Positions 28,219 through 36,607 of a DNA stretch of 46,487 nt are shown here, in pieces (the stretch's first letter is position 1; each line of letters opens with the position of its first letter). A model generated the notes under the pieces. That model was given only the letters and a program-made list of their open reading frames with translations, was not told where the DNA came from and searched no databases. Source of the DNA: Fidelibacterota bacterium (lineage in GTDB: Bacteria; Fidelibacterota; Marinisomatia; Marinisomatales; Marinisomataceae); contig JABHGE010000014.1 in assembly GCA_018672235.1 (NCBI GenBank), positions 1-46,487 of the forward strand. Direction: 5' to 3'. A program made the position numbers and the translations under genes.

Positions 28219-30161
28219 TGAAAAAAATAATAGCGTTATGCTTAACGTTACCATTCTTCATTGGTGCATGTGTTAACTCTGTAGATGATGGAGCATTATC
28301 AAATAACATTGCTGCAAAATCTTACGTTGCGCCTGGAGATCACGATGAATTTTATGCATTCTTATCAGGAGGATTTAGCGGACAAATGTCTGTTTATGGA
28401 TTGCCTTCAGGAAGATTATTTAAAATTATTCCAGTATTTTCACAGGACGCAGAAAAGGCTTATGGTTACAATGAAGAAACTAAGCCCTTATTAAATACAT
28501 CCTTTGGATTTGTTCCATGGGGGGATGCACATCATCCCGATATTTCTCAAACTGATGGAGTACTAGATGGTAGATGGGTATTTATTAATGAAAATAATAC
28601 ACCAAGAATAGCTAGAATCGACCTTACAACATTCGAGACTGCTGAAATCATAGAGCTTCCTAATTCTGCTGGAAATCATAGTTCTCCTTATGTAACTGAT
28701 AATACTGAATATGTAGTTGCTGGAACACGTTTTGCAGTACCGGTTCCTCAAAGAGATATGCCAATAAGTGAATACAAAGGAAACTTTAAGGGAGTCTTAT
28801 CTTTTGTAGGAGTTGACCAAGATTCAGGAGAAATGGATTTATCTTTCCAGATTATGATGCCTGGATTTGATTATGATAAAGCACATCCGGGAAGAGGAAA
28901 ATCTCATGGATGGATGTTCTTTACAACATATAATGTGGAAGAAGGAAATACACTTCTAGAGGTAAATGCATCGCAAAGAGATAAAGATTTCATTGCTGCT
29001 GTAAACTGGAAGAAAGCTGAAGAATATATTAAGCAGGGAAAGTTTGATACCATACATAGTAAATATGCTCATAATATTTATGACGAACATACCCACTCAG
29101 CTACGAGCAATATAAAGCATGAAGTAAAAATGCTAGATCCAGAAAAATATCCAGGCATTGTTTACTTCTTACCAATGCCAAAATCTCCACATGGATGTGA
29201 TGTTGATCCTAGTGGTGAATATATTGTAGGAAGTGGTAAGCTTTCTGCTAATGTAACAGTTCATTCATTCTCAAAAATGATTGATGCTATTGAAAATGAG
29301 AAATTTGATGGAGATGCATATGGTATTCCAATTATTAATTTCGAAGACGCATTGGCAGGGGTTGTAAAACAGCCTGGGTTAGGTCCGTTGCATACTGAAT
29401 TTGATGGTAAAGGTAATGCATACACAACATTCTTTATTTCATCAGAAGTAGTAAAATGGAAATTAGGTACATGGGAAGTACTTGATAAAAAACCAACATA
29501 TTACTCACCCGGTCATTTAATGATTCCTGGTGGAAATTCACAAAAACCATTTGGAAAGTACATGGTAGCTCTAAACAAAATAACCAAGGATCGCTATTTA
29601 CCTACTGGACCAGAAGTAACTCAATCAGCTCAATTATACGACATTACTGGAGATAAAATGGAATTGTTGCTTGATTTCCCAACAGTAGGAGAACCTCACT
29701 ATGCAGCAGGTATACCAGCAGATTTAATTAAATCAAAATCAAAAAAAATATTTAAGCTGGAAGAAAATAAGCATCCATATGTTACTAAATCTGAAGCAGA
29801 GGCAAAAGTAGTAAGAGACGGAACCGATGTTCATATATATCTTACTACAATTAGAACACATTTTGCGCCAGATAATATTGAAGGAATAAAAGTAGGAGAT
29901 ACTGTTTATTTCCATGTCACTAATCTTGAACAAGATTATGATGTTCCTCATGGAATTGCTATTACTGGAGCTAATAATGCTGAGCTATTAATAATGCCTG
30001 GACAAACAGAGACATTTGTGTGGAAACCTAAAACACCCGGTGTCTGGCCATTTTACTGTACGGACTTTTGTTCAGCACTTCATCAAGAAATGCAAGGGTA
30101 TGTACGAGTCTCTCCAAAAGATTCTGATATAGATTTAAGTTGGTCGCTAGGGGAAAGTTAA
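28218..30161 (+). CDS. nosZ: Clade II (Sec-dependent) nitrous oxide reductase
   Basis: No Tat RR motif; lipoprotein-type signal FFIGAC. CuZ motifs DAHH, GNH, PHG, GPLH, PGH and EPH. CuA motifs VPHG and CTDFCSALHQEM. Confidence 0.98.
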   Translation: MKKIIALCLTLPFFIGACVNSVDDGALSNNIAAKSYVAPGDHDEFYAFLSGGFSGQMSVYGLPSGRLFKIIPVFSQDAEKAYGYNEETKPLLNTSFGFVPWGDAHHPDISQTDGVLDGRWVFINENNTPRIARIDLTTFETAEIIELPNSAGNHSSPYVTDNTEYVVAGTRFAVPVPQRDMPISEYKGNFKGVLSFVGVDQDSGEMDLSFQIMMPGFDYDKAHPGRGKSHGWMFFTTYNVEEGNTLLEVNASQRDKDFIAAVNWKKAEEYIKQGKFDTIHSKYAHNIYDEHTHSATSNIKHEVKMLDPEKYPGIVYFLPMPKSPHGCDVDPSGEYIVGSGKLSANVTVHSFSKMIDAIENEKFDGDAYGIPIINFEDALAGVVKQPGLGPLHTEFDGKGNAYTTFFISSEVVKWKLGTWEVLDKKPTYYSPGHLMIPGGNSQKPFGKYMVALNKITKDRYLPTGPEVTQSAQLYDITGDKMELLLDFPTVGEPHYAAGIPADLIKSKSKKIFKLEENKHPYVTKSEAEAKVVRDGTDVHIYLTTIRTHFAPDNIEGIKVGDTVYFHVTNLEQDYDVPHGIAITGANNAELLIMPGQTETFVWKPKTPGVWPFYCTDFCSALHQEMQGYVRVSPKDSDIDLSWSLGES

Positions 30162-30171
30162 ACGACAACCA

Positions 30172-30206
30172 CTTCTCAAGGCTATTGTTTCAATAGTCTT
30201 GAGAAG
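30172..30206 (+). other. 16-bp stem-loop after nosZ (mRNA-stabilising or attenuating)
   Basis: CTTCTCAAGGCTATTG-TTT-CAATAGTCTTGAGAAG with one G-U pair and no U tail. Confidence 0.75.
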
Positions 30207-30228
30207 GTAACTAATAAAGGACGGATCT

Positions 30229-30315
30229 ATGGAAAAAATCATTTTCACATTAGCAGTACTAGCATGTTCAATAATCATAGCATACTACGTTATTTTATTT
30301 ACCGTTTTAAATTAA
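30229..30315 (+). CDS. 28-aa single-TM micro-protein in the nos operon (not in ORF track)
   Basis: AAAGGA RBS. MEKIIFTLAVLACSIIIAYYVILFTVLN. Confidence 0.6.
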   Translation: MEKIIFTLAVLACSIIIAYYVILFTVLN

Positions 30316-30327
30316 GGGAGATTAGAT

Positions 30328-30507
30328 ATGGCATGTAAAAGTAAAAAAGCTAAGAATACCTATATTGTACTGATTACCGATACAAAGACAAAACAATATG
30401 AAAGATGGTCTTGTTGCAATATCGATAATAAAATTAAAAAATATTTAACAGAACATCCCGATTCAAAATGTGAAATAACTCATCAATATATTTCTTCAGG
30501 CTTATAA
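30328..30507 (+). CDS. 59-aa Cys/His-containing small protein in the nos operon (not in ORF track)
   Basis: AAGGGAG RBS. MACKSKKAKNTYIVLITDTKTKQYERWSCCNIDNKIKKYLTEHPDSKCEITHQYISSGL. Fills the gap to nosB with 12-nt spacers on both sides. Confidence 0.65.
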   Translation: MACKSKKAKNTYIVLITDTKTKQYERWSCCNIDNKIKKYLTEHPDSKCEITHQYISSGL

Positions 30508-30519
30508 GGTAAATATTAA

Positions 30520-31119
30520 ATGATAAAAAAATCACAAATAACAATGGGGCTTGGGGCCCTAATGCTATTGACTTTATTTTGTTTTCCTTTGTGGCAAATA
30601 ACATTAATAGCTCCTCAATATCCTGAGCCAATTGGAATGAATATATGGATTAATAAATTGACTGACATGAATCCAAATGACATTAAAAATATTAATCTTA
30701 TGAATCACTATATTGGAATGGCGCCAATGCCAGAAAATATGAGAGAGTTCGAATACTTTCCTAAAATTATTATTTCAATGTCAATTTTAGGTATACTTTT
30801 TAGCATAATTGGTCACAAGAATTTTTACTTAACCTGGCTATTTATAATGGGAGTATTAGGGATATTAGGAATGTATGATTTCTGGTATTGGCAGTATACC
30901 TTTGGACATAACCTCAGTGCTGATGCTGCAATTCAGTTTGTCGATGAATTCAATAATCCGATGACATATCAGCCACCATTAATTGGAGAAAAAAAAATAC
31001 TAAATTTTGTGGCTACTTCTTATCCGTCAACAGGGTCATATTTATTATTTCTATCAATAGCATTAGGTAAGTATTCATATATTAATGAAATGAAAAAAAA
31101 ATATGCAAAATCTATATAA
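30520..31119 (+). CDS. nosB: NosB-type membrane protein
   Basis: PLWQITLIAPQYPE, INLMNHYIGM, FGHNL and YQPPLIGEK motifs typical of clade II clusters. Confidence 0.85.
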   Translation: MIKKSQITMGLGALMLLTLFCFPLWQITLIAPQYPEPIGMNIWINKLTDMNPNDIKNINLMNHYIGMAPMPENMREFEYFPKIIISMSILGILFSIIGHKNFYLTWLFIMGVLGILGMYDFWYWQYTFGHNLSADAAIQFVDEFNNPMTYQPPLIGEKKILNFVATSYPSTGSYLLFLSIALGKYSYINEMKKKYAKSI

Positions 31120-31531
31120 ATTAATTTTACTAGTATTTATTGTGGTGGGCTGCAATAATAATATCAGGCCAGTTCATTATGGTCAAGATATTTGTTCTCA
31201 ATGCAATATGCATATCATTGATCAACAACATGCTGCAAAAATCGTAAACCAGTATCAAAAAACTTTTATGTTTGATTCAATCGAATGTATGATGAATTAT
31301 CTGAAAGATAAAAATGCAAATAGTTATTCAAAATTTCTTGTTAATGCATTCGGATATCCGTCTGAATTTTGGGATGCTACTCAATGCACTTATATAATAT
31401 ATGATCAAATTCCAAGCCCAATGGGAGATTACTTAACTGCATTAAAAAATATAAATGAGTTATCTCAATTTAACATAAATGATATTGAGCAAGTACTTAG
31501 CTGGGAAGAGTTAAAAAATGTATATAAATAA
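31103..31531 (+). CDS. nosL: Copper chaperone lipoprotein NosL
   Basis: Lipobox VVGC, CSQCNM, FDSIECM and SPMG motifs. Confidence 0.92.
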   Translation: MQNLYKLILLVFIVVGCNNNIRPVHYGQDICSQCNMHIIDQQHAAKIVNQYQKTFMFDSIECMMNYLKDKNANSYSKFLVNAFGYPSEFWDATQCTYIIYDQIPSPMGDYLTALKNINELSQFNINDIEQVLSWEELKNVYK

Positions 31532-32777
31532 CATTCCAATATATCGAATTTATGTATTAATTATTTTACTTCTAAATATTAACCCGCTCAATGCTAAAAC
31601 AATAAATGTTTGTTCAAATTGTAAAATTCAAACAATCGAAAAAGCAGTGCAGGTAGCATCAAATGGAGATACAATTATTGTTAAAGAAGGAACATATTTT
31701 GAGAAAGATATAGAGATTAGAAAGTCGCTAACAATTTTAGGAGAAAATGCAATCATTGATGCTGAAAATAAAGGCGGAGTTTTTCACATCTATGCTGACA
31801 ATACTACAATCAAAGGGTTCACAATTAACAATATTGAAAAATCATATACCAAAGATATAGCAGCAATATATACATTCGGAATTAAGAATTTTATCTTTGA
31901 GAATAACACATTTAACAATCCTTTTTTTGCATTATTAATTCAAAGATCTAGTAATGGATTAATTGCAAATAATAAAATATTTGGGAATGCCATTAATGAA
32001 GTTAGTTCTGCAAATGGAATTCATTTGTGGCATTCATCTAACGTAATTATACATAATAATATTATTGATAAAATGAGAGATGGAATCTACTTAGAATTTG
32101 TGAAGAATAGTAAAATACACCATAACATCAGTAGTAATCAGCAAAGATATGGATTACACTTTATGTTTTCAAATAACAACGAATATACGCATAATGTTTT
32201 TGAAAAAAATGCAGCTGGCGTTGCTGTCATGTTCTCAAAATATATTTCTATGAATCATAATCAATTCAAGGACAATTGGGGAACGGCTTCATTTGGATTA
32301 TTATTAAAAGAAATATATGATGCAGATATCGGCAATAACATTTTTGAAAAAAATACAATAGGAATTAACGTTGAGGGTTCATCTAGGGTTCAATATGAAA
32401 ATAATATATTTAAAAATAATGGTTGGGCGCTAAAGATTACTGGAGGGTGTTATAAAAATATTTTCATACAAAATGACTTTATTAATAATTCATTTGATTT
32501 ATCCTATAATGGCCGAATAAATGAAAATAAATTCCATTCAAATTATTGGTCAGAGTATAATGGGTATGATTTAGATAAAGATGGTATAGGAGACATTTCC
32601 TATCAGCCAGTAAAGCTTTTTTCATATATTACTCAACAAACTCCAGAATCTATTATTTTGTTAAGAAGCTTATTTATTGATTTGGTAAATTTTTCTGAAA
32701 AGGTTTCTCCATTATTTATTTCAGAAAAAATTAAAGATCATTCTCCTCAAATAAAAATGGTCAATATAGCATCATGA
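31518..32777 (+). CDS. nosD: NosD maturation protein
   Basis: Parallel beta-helix repeats with GIHLW, RDGIYLEF, RYGLHFMFS and NYWSEYNGYDLDKDGIGD. Confidence 0.95.
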   Translation: MYINNIPIYRIYVLIILLLNINPLNAKTINVCSNCKIQTIEKAVQVASNGDTIIVKEGTYFEKDIEIRKSLTILGENAIIDAENKGGVFHIYADNTTIKGFTINNIEKSYTKDIAAIYTFGIKNFIFENNTFNNPFFALLIQRSSNGLIANNKIFGNAINEVSSANGIHLWHSSNVIIHNNIIDKMRDGIYLEFVKNSKIHHNISSNQQRYGLHFMFSNNNEYTHNVFEKNAAGVAVMFSKYISMNHNQFKDNWGTASFGLLLKEIYDADIGNNIFEKNTIGINVEGSSRVQYENNIFKNNGWALKITGGCYKNIFIQNDFINNSFDLSYNGRINENKFHSNYWSEYNGYDLDKDGIGDISYQPVKLFSYITQQTPESIILLRSLFIDLVNFSEKVSPLFISEKIKDHSPQIKMVNIAS

Positions 32778-33493
32778 TTGAAATCAAAAAAATATCGAAA
32801 TCTTTTGGTAAAGTTAATGCGTTACAAAACGTTAATATTCTTGTAAATAAAGGAAAAATATTTTCAATTACTGGACCAAATGGTTCAGGAAAATCTACTT
32901 TAATTAAATCTTTGCTTGGCCAAGTAATTCCAGATAAGGGTACAATAACGATTGATAATGATTCGATAAAGAATAAATGGGAGTACAGAAATGATATTTC
33001 ATATATGCCTCAAATTATTGATTTTCCCGCAAACTTGCGTGTTAATGAATTAATTGAAATGATTAAGACCGTACGCTTAGATTACAAATATCAAAAAACA
33101 ACAGAAGTAGAATTAATTAAAATATTTGAACTTGAACCCTTTTTAGATAAAAAATTATCTGATTTGTCAGGTGGTACAAAGCAAAAGGTAAATATAGTCT
33201 TAACATTCATGTTTAATGTACCAACTATTGTTCTAGATGAACCTACATCTGGGCTCGATCCTGTATCAATGATTAAGCTTAAAGAACTTATTAAAGAAAG
33301 AAATAAAGCAGGGGTTACCTTTATTATAACATCTCATATAATGAGTTTTATCGAAAATATATCTAAAGAAATAATTTTCTTAATCGATGGAAGTGTTGCT
33401 TTTGATGGAAAGATACATGATCTAAAAAAATTAACTAATAAAGAAACACTTGAAAGATCTATAGCAGAACTAATGGTGAAAAAAAATGTTTAA
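32774..33493 (+). CDS. nosF: ABC ATPase NosF
   Basis: GPNGSGKS, LSGGTKQK and LDEPTSGLD motifs. Lies between nosD and nosY. Confidence 0.92.
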   Translation: MIEIKKISKSFGKVNALQNVNILVNKGKIFSITGPNGSGKSTLIKSLLGQVIPDKGTITIDNDSIKNKWEYRNDISYMPQIIDFPANLRVNELIEMIKTVRLDYKYQKTTEVELIKIFELEPFLDKKLSDLSGGTKQKVNIVLTFMFNVPTIVLDEPTSGLDPVSMIKLKELIKERNKAGVTFIITSHIMSFIENISKEIIFLIDGSVAFDGKIHDLKKLTNKETLERSIAELMVKKNV

Positions 33494-34268
33494 GATAATC
33501 AAATATAGTTTTTTTGACTTAATGAGAAGCAGATGGAGCTATATTTATTTCTTTTTCTATCTTTTATTAGGATTTAGTATTCTTTTTTTGAATTCTGATA
33601 TAGCGAAGTCAATCATCATTTTAATGAATATTATTATAGTCCTGGTGCCATTAATTGGGACAATATTTGGGGTCATGTTCTATTATAATTCAGTCGAGTT
33701 TAGTAGACTACTTTTAGCTCAGCCAATTAAAAGAAAAACAATATTCCTTGGTCAATATCTAGGACTATCTTTGGCGCTTTCAGCAAGTATTTTTTTTGGA
33801 CTTGGGATCCCTTTCCTTTTGTATGGATTAATTAATTCTGGATATATAATTAATTTTTTAACGCTTATGGCGGTCGGATTATTACTTACTTTTATTTTTA
33901 CGGCAATATCTTTTAATATTGCTTTGCACAATGAAGATAAAATCAAAGGATTTGGTATCTCTGTTTTAGTATGGTTGCTTTTAGCAATTGTGTATGATGG
34001 ATTCTTTTTAATTGGGATGATCGTATTTAATAGTTACCCACTAGAAAAATTTGCATTAATTGCTACATTATTTAATCCAATCGATTTATCACGAATACTA
34101 ATTATTTTGAAGCTTGATTTTTCAGCTTTACTTGGATACACCGGTGCAGTATTAAATCAATTTTATGGTACCAATCTTGGAATGCTGTATTCATACTTGA
34201 TATTAATGGCTTGGATTATACTTCCTGTGCAGTTTATGATCAAAAAGTCAGAGAAGAGAGATTTTTAG
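33486..34268 (+). CDS. nosY: ABC permease NosY
   Basis: Multi-TM protein with LLLAQPIKR and NPIDLSRI motifs. Confidence 0.92.
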   Translation: MFKIIKYSFFDLMRSRWSYIYFFFYLLLGFSILFLNSDIAKSIIILMNIIIVLVPLIGTIFGVMFYYNSVEFSRLLLAQPIKRKTIFLGQYLGLSLALSASIFFGLGIPFLLYGLINSGYIINFLTLMAVGLLLTFIFTAISFNIALHNEDKIKGFGISVLVWLLLAIVYDGFFLIGMIVFNSYPLEKFALIATLFNPIDLSRILIILKLDFSALLGYTGAVLNQFYGTNLGMLYSYLILMAWIILPVQFMIKKSEKRDF

Positions 34269-34297
34269 CTCAAAAATTGTTCAATAATTAAGTAAGA

Positions 34298-34375
34298 TTA
34301 TATTTTTTTATGTTCCTTGAGCATACATAAATCCATAACAGCTGCGATTCCATTAGTAGAAGCTAATACTGCAGC
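34298..34375 (-). pseudogene. 3' fragment of a probable YccU-like CoA-binding protein gene
   Basis: Reads AAVLASTNGIAAVMDLCMLKEHKKI*, resembling the family C-terminus (A..A...G...VMD.C...EH). No start and no upstream body. Confidence 0.6.
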
Positions 34376-34557
34376 GACATACCTTTGCTTTTACTCAAAT
34401 TGCTAAAGATGTTAATCCTTATGTATTGCAAGGATTGATGGGACATAGCAACTTTAAAACAACTGAAAGGTATTTAAAGTATGATAAAAATATGTTTGTT
34501 GATTTAGTAAATAATGATGAAAAATTAATTACTTCTAATGAAACTTTTTTATCGTAA
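34375..34557 (+). pseudogene. C-terminal remnant of a tyrosine integrase
   Basis: RHTFAFTQIAKDVNPYVLQGLMGHSNFKTTERY... carries the box II R, the H and the catalytic Y. In-frame TAG at 34357 and no start. Confidence 0.9.
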
Positions 34558-34570
34558 TTTTTGGTACAGA

Positions 34571-34608
34571 TTAGGAGTTTTACTAAATACTTTGCTAAAT
34601 ACTCCTAA
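34571..34608. repeat. Right arm-type repeat cluster
   Basis: CTAAATACT at 34583 and 34595 (12-bp period). 34582-34603 is 21/22 identical to 18840-18861. Enclosed by the TTAGGAGT/ACTCCTAA inverted repeat. Confidence 0.85.
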
Positions 34609-34667
34609 TAATTACTAAAAAAAGAGTAAGCAAAACAATGAGTTTTGTCGACGAGGAAAGGGATTTA

Positions 34668-35045
34668 ATGAATCATCCAGAGAATTTAATGTATACATCT
34701 GAGCATGAGTGGGTTGAGATAAATGGTAAGATTGCTACTATAGGGATTACAGATTTTGCACAAAGTGAATTAGGCGATATTATTTTTCTAGAATTTCCTA
34801 ATGTAGATGAAAGTTTTAACAATGGAGATATTTTTGGGACTATCGAAGCAGTAAAAACTGTCTCAGATATGTATATGCCAATAACAGGAAAAGTTATAGA
34901 AATAAATGAAGATTTAAATGATACTCCAGAGCAAGTCAATGAAGATCCATACAAAAATGGGTGGATGGTTAAAATTGAACTAGAAGACAGTGCAGATCAA
35001 TCTAAATTAATGGACGCAGAATCCTATATTGAATTGATTGGATAA
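34668..35045 (+). CDS. gcvH: Glycine cleavage system H protein (5' end supplied by the island)
   Basis: YTSEHEW, GITDFAQSELGDI, EAVKT lipoyl-Lys and DPYKNGW motifs. Likely start at 34668 after GAGGAAAGGG. Confidence 0.96.
   Translation: MNHPENLMYTSEHEWVEINGKIATIGITDFAQSELGDIIFLEFPNVDESFNNGDIFGTIEAVKTVSDMYMPITGKVIEINEDLNDTPEQVNEDPYKNGWMVKIELEDSADQSKLMDAESYIELIG
34669..34702 (+). repeat. attR direct repeat (34 bp)
   Basis: tgaatcatccagagaatttaatgtatacatctga, matching 18652-18685. Confidence 0.92.
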
Positions 35046-35047
35046 AA

Positions 35048-35956
35048 ATGCTAATTAACTTAGATGATTTTTCTAGAATGTTAAAAATCGAAAGAAATTA
35101 TTCTGACAATACTATCAGTGCATATTTATCTGATCTAAAATCTTTTAATGTATTCTTAGAAAAAAATAAAATTAACTTTAAAGATGTCATTCTTGACGAT
35201 AAACATACAAAGACTTTTTTTAGGCATCTTTCAAAGAAAAAATTATCTCCTAGATCAGTAAAAAGGAAATTTTCCTCCCTCTCTTCATATTTTATATTTT
35301 TACTAGATAAAAAAATTATTAAAAACAATCCATTAAATGGCATATTTACTCCTAAAGTACCAAAAGCTTTACCAGAAATATTAACTATAGATGAAATAAA
35401 TAAAGTATTTTTTGAGTCAGAAAACACTGATAATGAACTATTAGGACTTAGAGACCGATGTATTCTTGAAATGCTATATTCTTCTGGATTGAGAGTAAGC
35501 GAATTATGTAATCTTAAAATTAATAATATACAATTTGATTTAAATCTTATTCGTTTTTTTGGTAAAGGCAACAAAGAAAGGATGATTCCACTTACTTATT
35601 ATGCAAGACGATGGCTAGAGAGATATTTAACCCAATCACGCAGAATTTTATCTGAACGATCAACAAAAGGATCTAATTTTGTGTTCTTAAGTAATAATGG
35701 ATTACCATTAACTCGAGCTGCAATTTGGCAGTCTGTGAAAAAGTATATTGATAAAGCTGGTATTCCCAAAGATATATCTCCACATACTTTTAGACATTCG
35801 TTTGCAACACATTTAATTGATGGTGGAGCAAACTTAGTAGAAGTACAAGCACTTCTTGGTCATGCAGATATATCGACTACAGAAATTTATACCCACTTAT
35901 CGCGAGAATTTATTGAAAGTGAATATATGAAAGCTTTTCAAAAGGATAAGAATTAA
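35048..35956 (+). CDS. xerD: Chromosomal tyrosine recombinase, XerD-like
   Basis: ERNYSDNTISAY, SGLRVSEL, GKGNKER, SPHTFRHSFATHL and VQALLGHADISTTEIYTH motifs. Confidence 0.85.
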   Translation: MLINLDDFSRMLKIERNYSDNTISAYLSDLKSFNVFLEKNKINFKDVILDDKHTKTFFRHLSKKKLSPRSVKRKFSSLSSYFIFLLDKKIIKNNPLNGIFTPKVPKALPEILTIDEINKVFFESENTDNELLGLRDRCILEMLYSSGLRVSELCNLKINNIQFDLNLIRFFGKGNKERMIPLTYYARRWLERYLTQSRRILSERSTKGSNFVFLSNNGLPLTRAAIWQSVKKYIDKAGIPKDISPHTFRHSFATHLIDGGANLVEVQALLGHADISTTEIYTHLSREFIESEYMKAFQKDKN

Positions 35957-35968
35957 CTATTTTTTGAT

Positions 35969-36607
35969 ATGGGAATAGCAAGCGCACCACTAGAAATGCA
36001 ATTGATAGTAATGCCATGTATATTGTTTGCACTTACGTTTCATGAGTACGCTCATGCTCGAGTAGCATACTATTTAGGTGATTATACAGCATATTATCAA
36101 GATAGAATGAATCTGAATCCACTTAGTCATTTAGATCCTATTGGAACAATGGCATTATATTTTTTAGGATTTGGTTGGGCTAAACCTGTACCTGTAAATA
36201 TGCGCAATCTTTCTAATCCCAGAAAAGATATGATGTTGATTGCAATTGCAGGTCCTGCTTCTAATATCTTTTTAGCAACTATAGGTTCTATCTTATTAAG
36301 ATTTTCAATGATTGCTCCTTTTAATATTCCAGAATTATTTAACAGTGCGATGATATTCTTTGTTTTTATAAATATTGTTTTAGCTCTATTTAATCTTATT
36401 CCAATTGCTCCACTAGATGGATCAAGAATATTACCTTTATTCATTAGAGATCCTCGAACATTATACCAGATTGAATACTATGGTCCACGCGTGCTTATGG
36501 GGCTGGTATTGCTGTCATTAGTTGGAGGATTAAGTATTTTTAGTGTTATTATATTTGAGCCAGCAAAGTTGATTTTCAATTTACTAACTGGCATAAATCT
36601 GGTTTGA
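35969..36607 (+). CDS. Site-2 protease (M50 family)
   Basis: HEYAH, AGPASN and FNLIPIAPLDGS motifs. Confidence 0.93.
   Translation: MGIASAPLEMQLIVMPCILFALTFHEYAHARVAYYLGDYTAYYQDRMNLNPLSHLDPIGTMALYFLGFGWAKPVPVNMRNLSNPRKDMMLIAIAGPASNIFLATIGSILLRFSMIAPFNIPELFNSAMIFFVFINIVLALFNLIPIAPLDGSRILPLFIRDPRTLYQIEYYGPRVLMGLVLLSLVGGLSIFSVIIFEPAKLIFNLLTGINLV

Larger units (their letters stand above)
18686..34702. mobile_element. ~16 kb integrative genomic island inserted in the gcvH 5' end, integrase truncated
   Basis: Flanking direct repeats, shared arm-type repeats at both ends, an integrase remnant beside attR, and accessory cargo interrupting an overlapping accC-gcvH pair. Confidence 0.9.

Noticed and set aside
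34638..34667. N-terminal extension of gcvH (MSFVDEERDL)
   Set aside because: It overlaps the att-arm inverted repeat and the RBS. The duplicated native start matches ATG 34668.
18686..34702. Intact prophage, ICE or IS
   Set aside because: No recognisable capsid, terminase, relaxase, T4SS or transposase genes.
34679..34706. att core as a dif site (contains TAA-TGTATA like E. coli dif), implying Xer-mediated integration
   Set aside because: The conserved XerD arm TTATGTTAAAT is absent (CATCTGAGCAT here). Arm-type repeats and the integrase remnant explain the site better.
35048..35956. xerD as the island's integrase
   Set aside because: It lies outside attR in a tightly packed host operon and has housekeeping XerD motifs. 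A separate integrase remnant lies inside the island.
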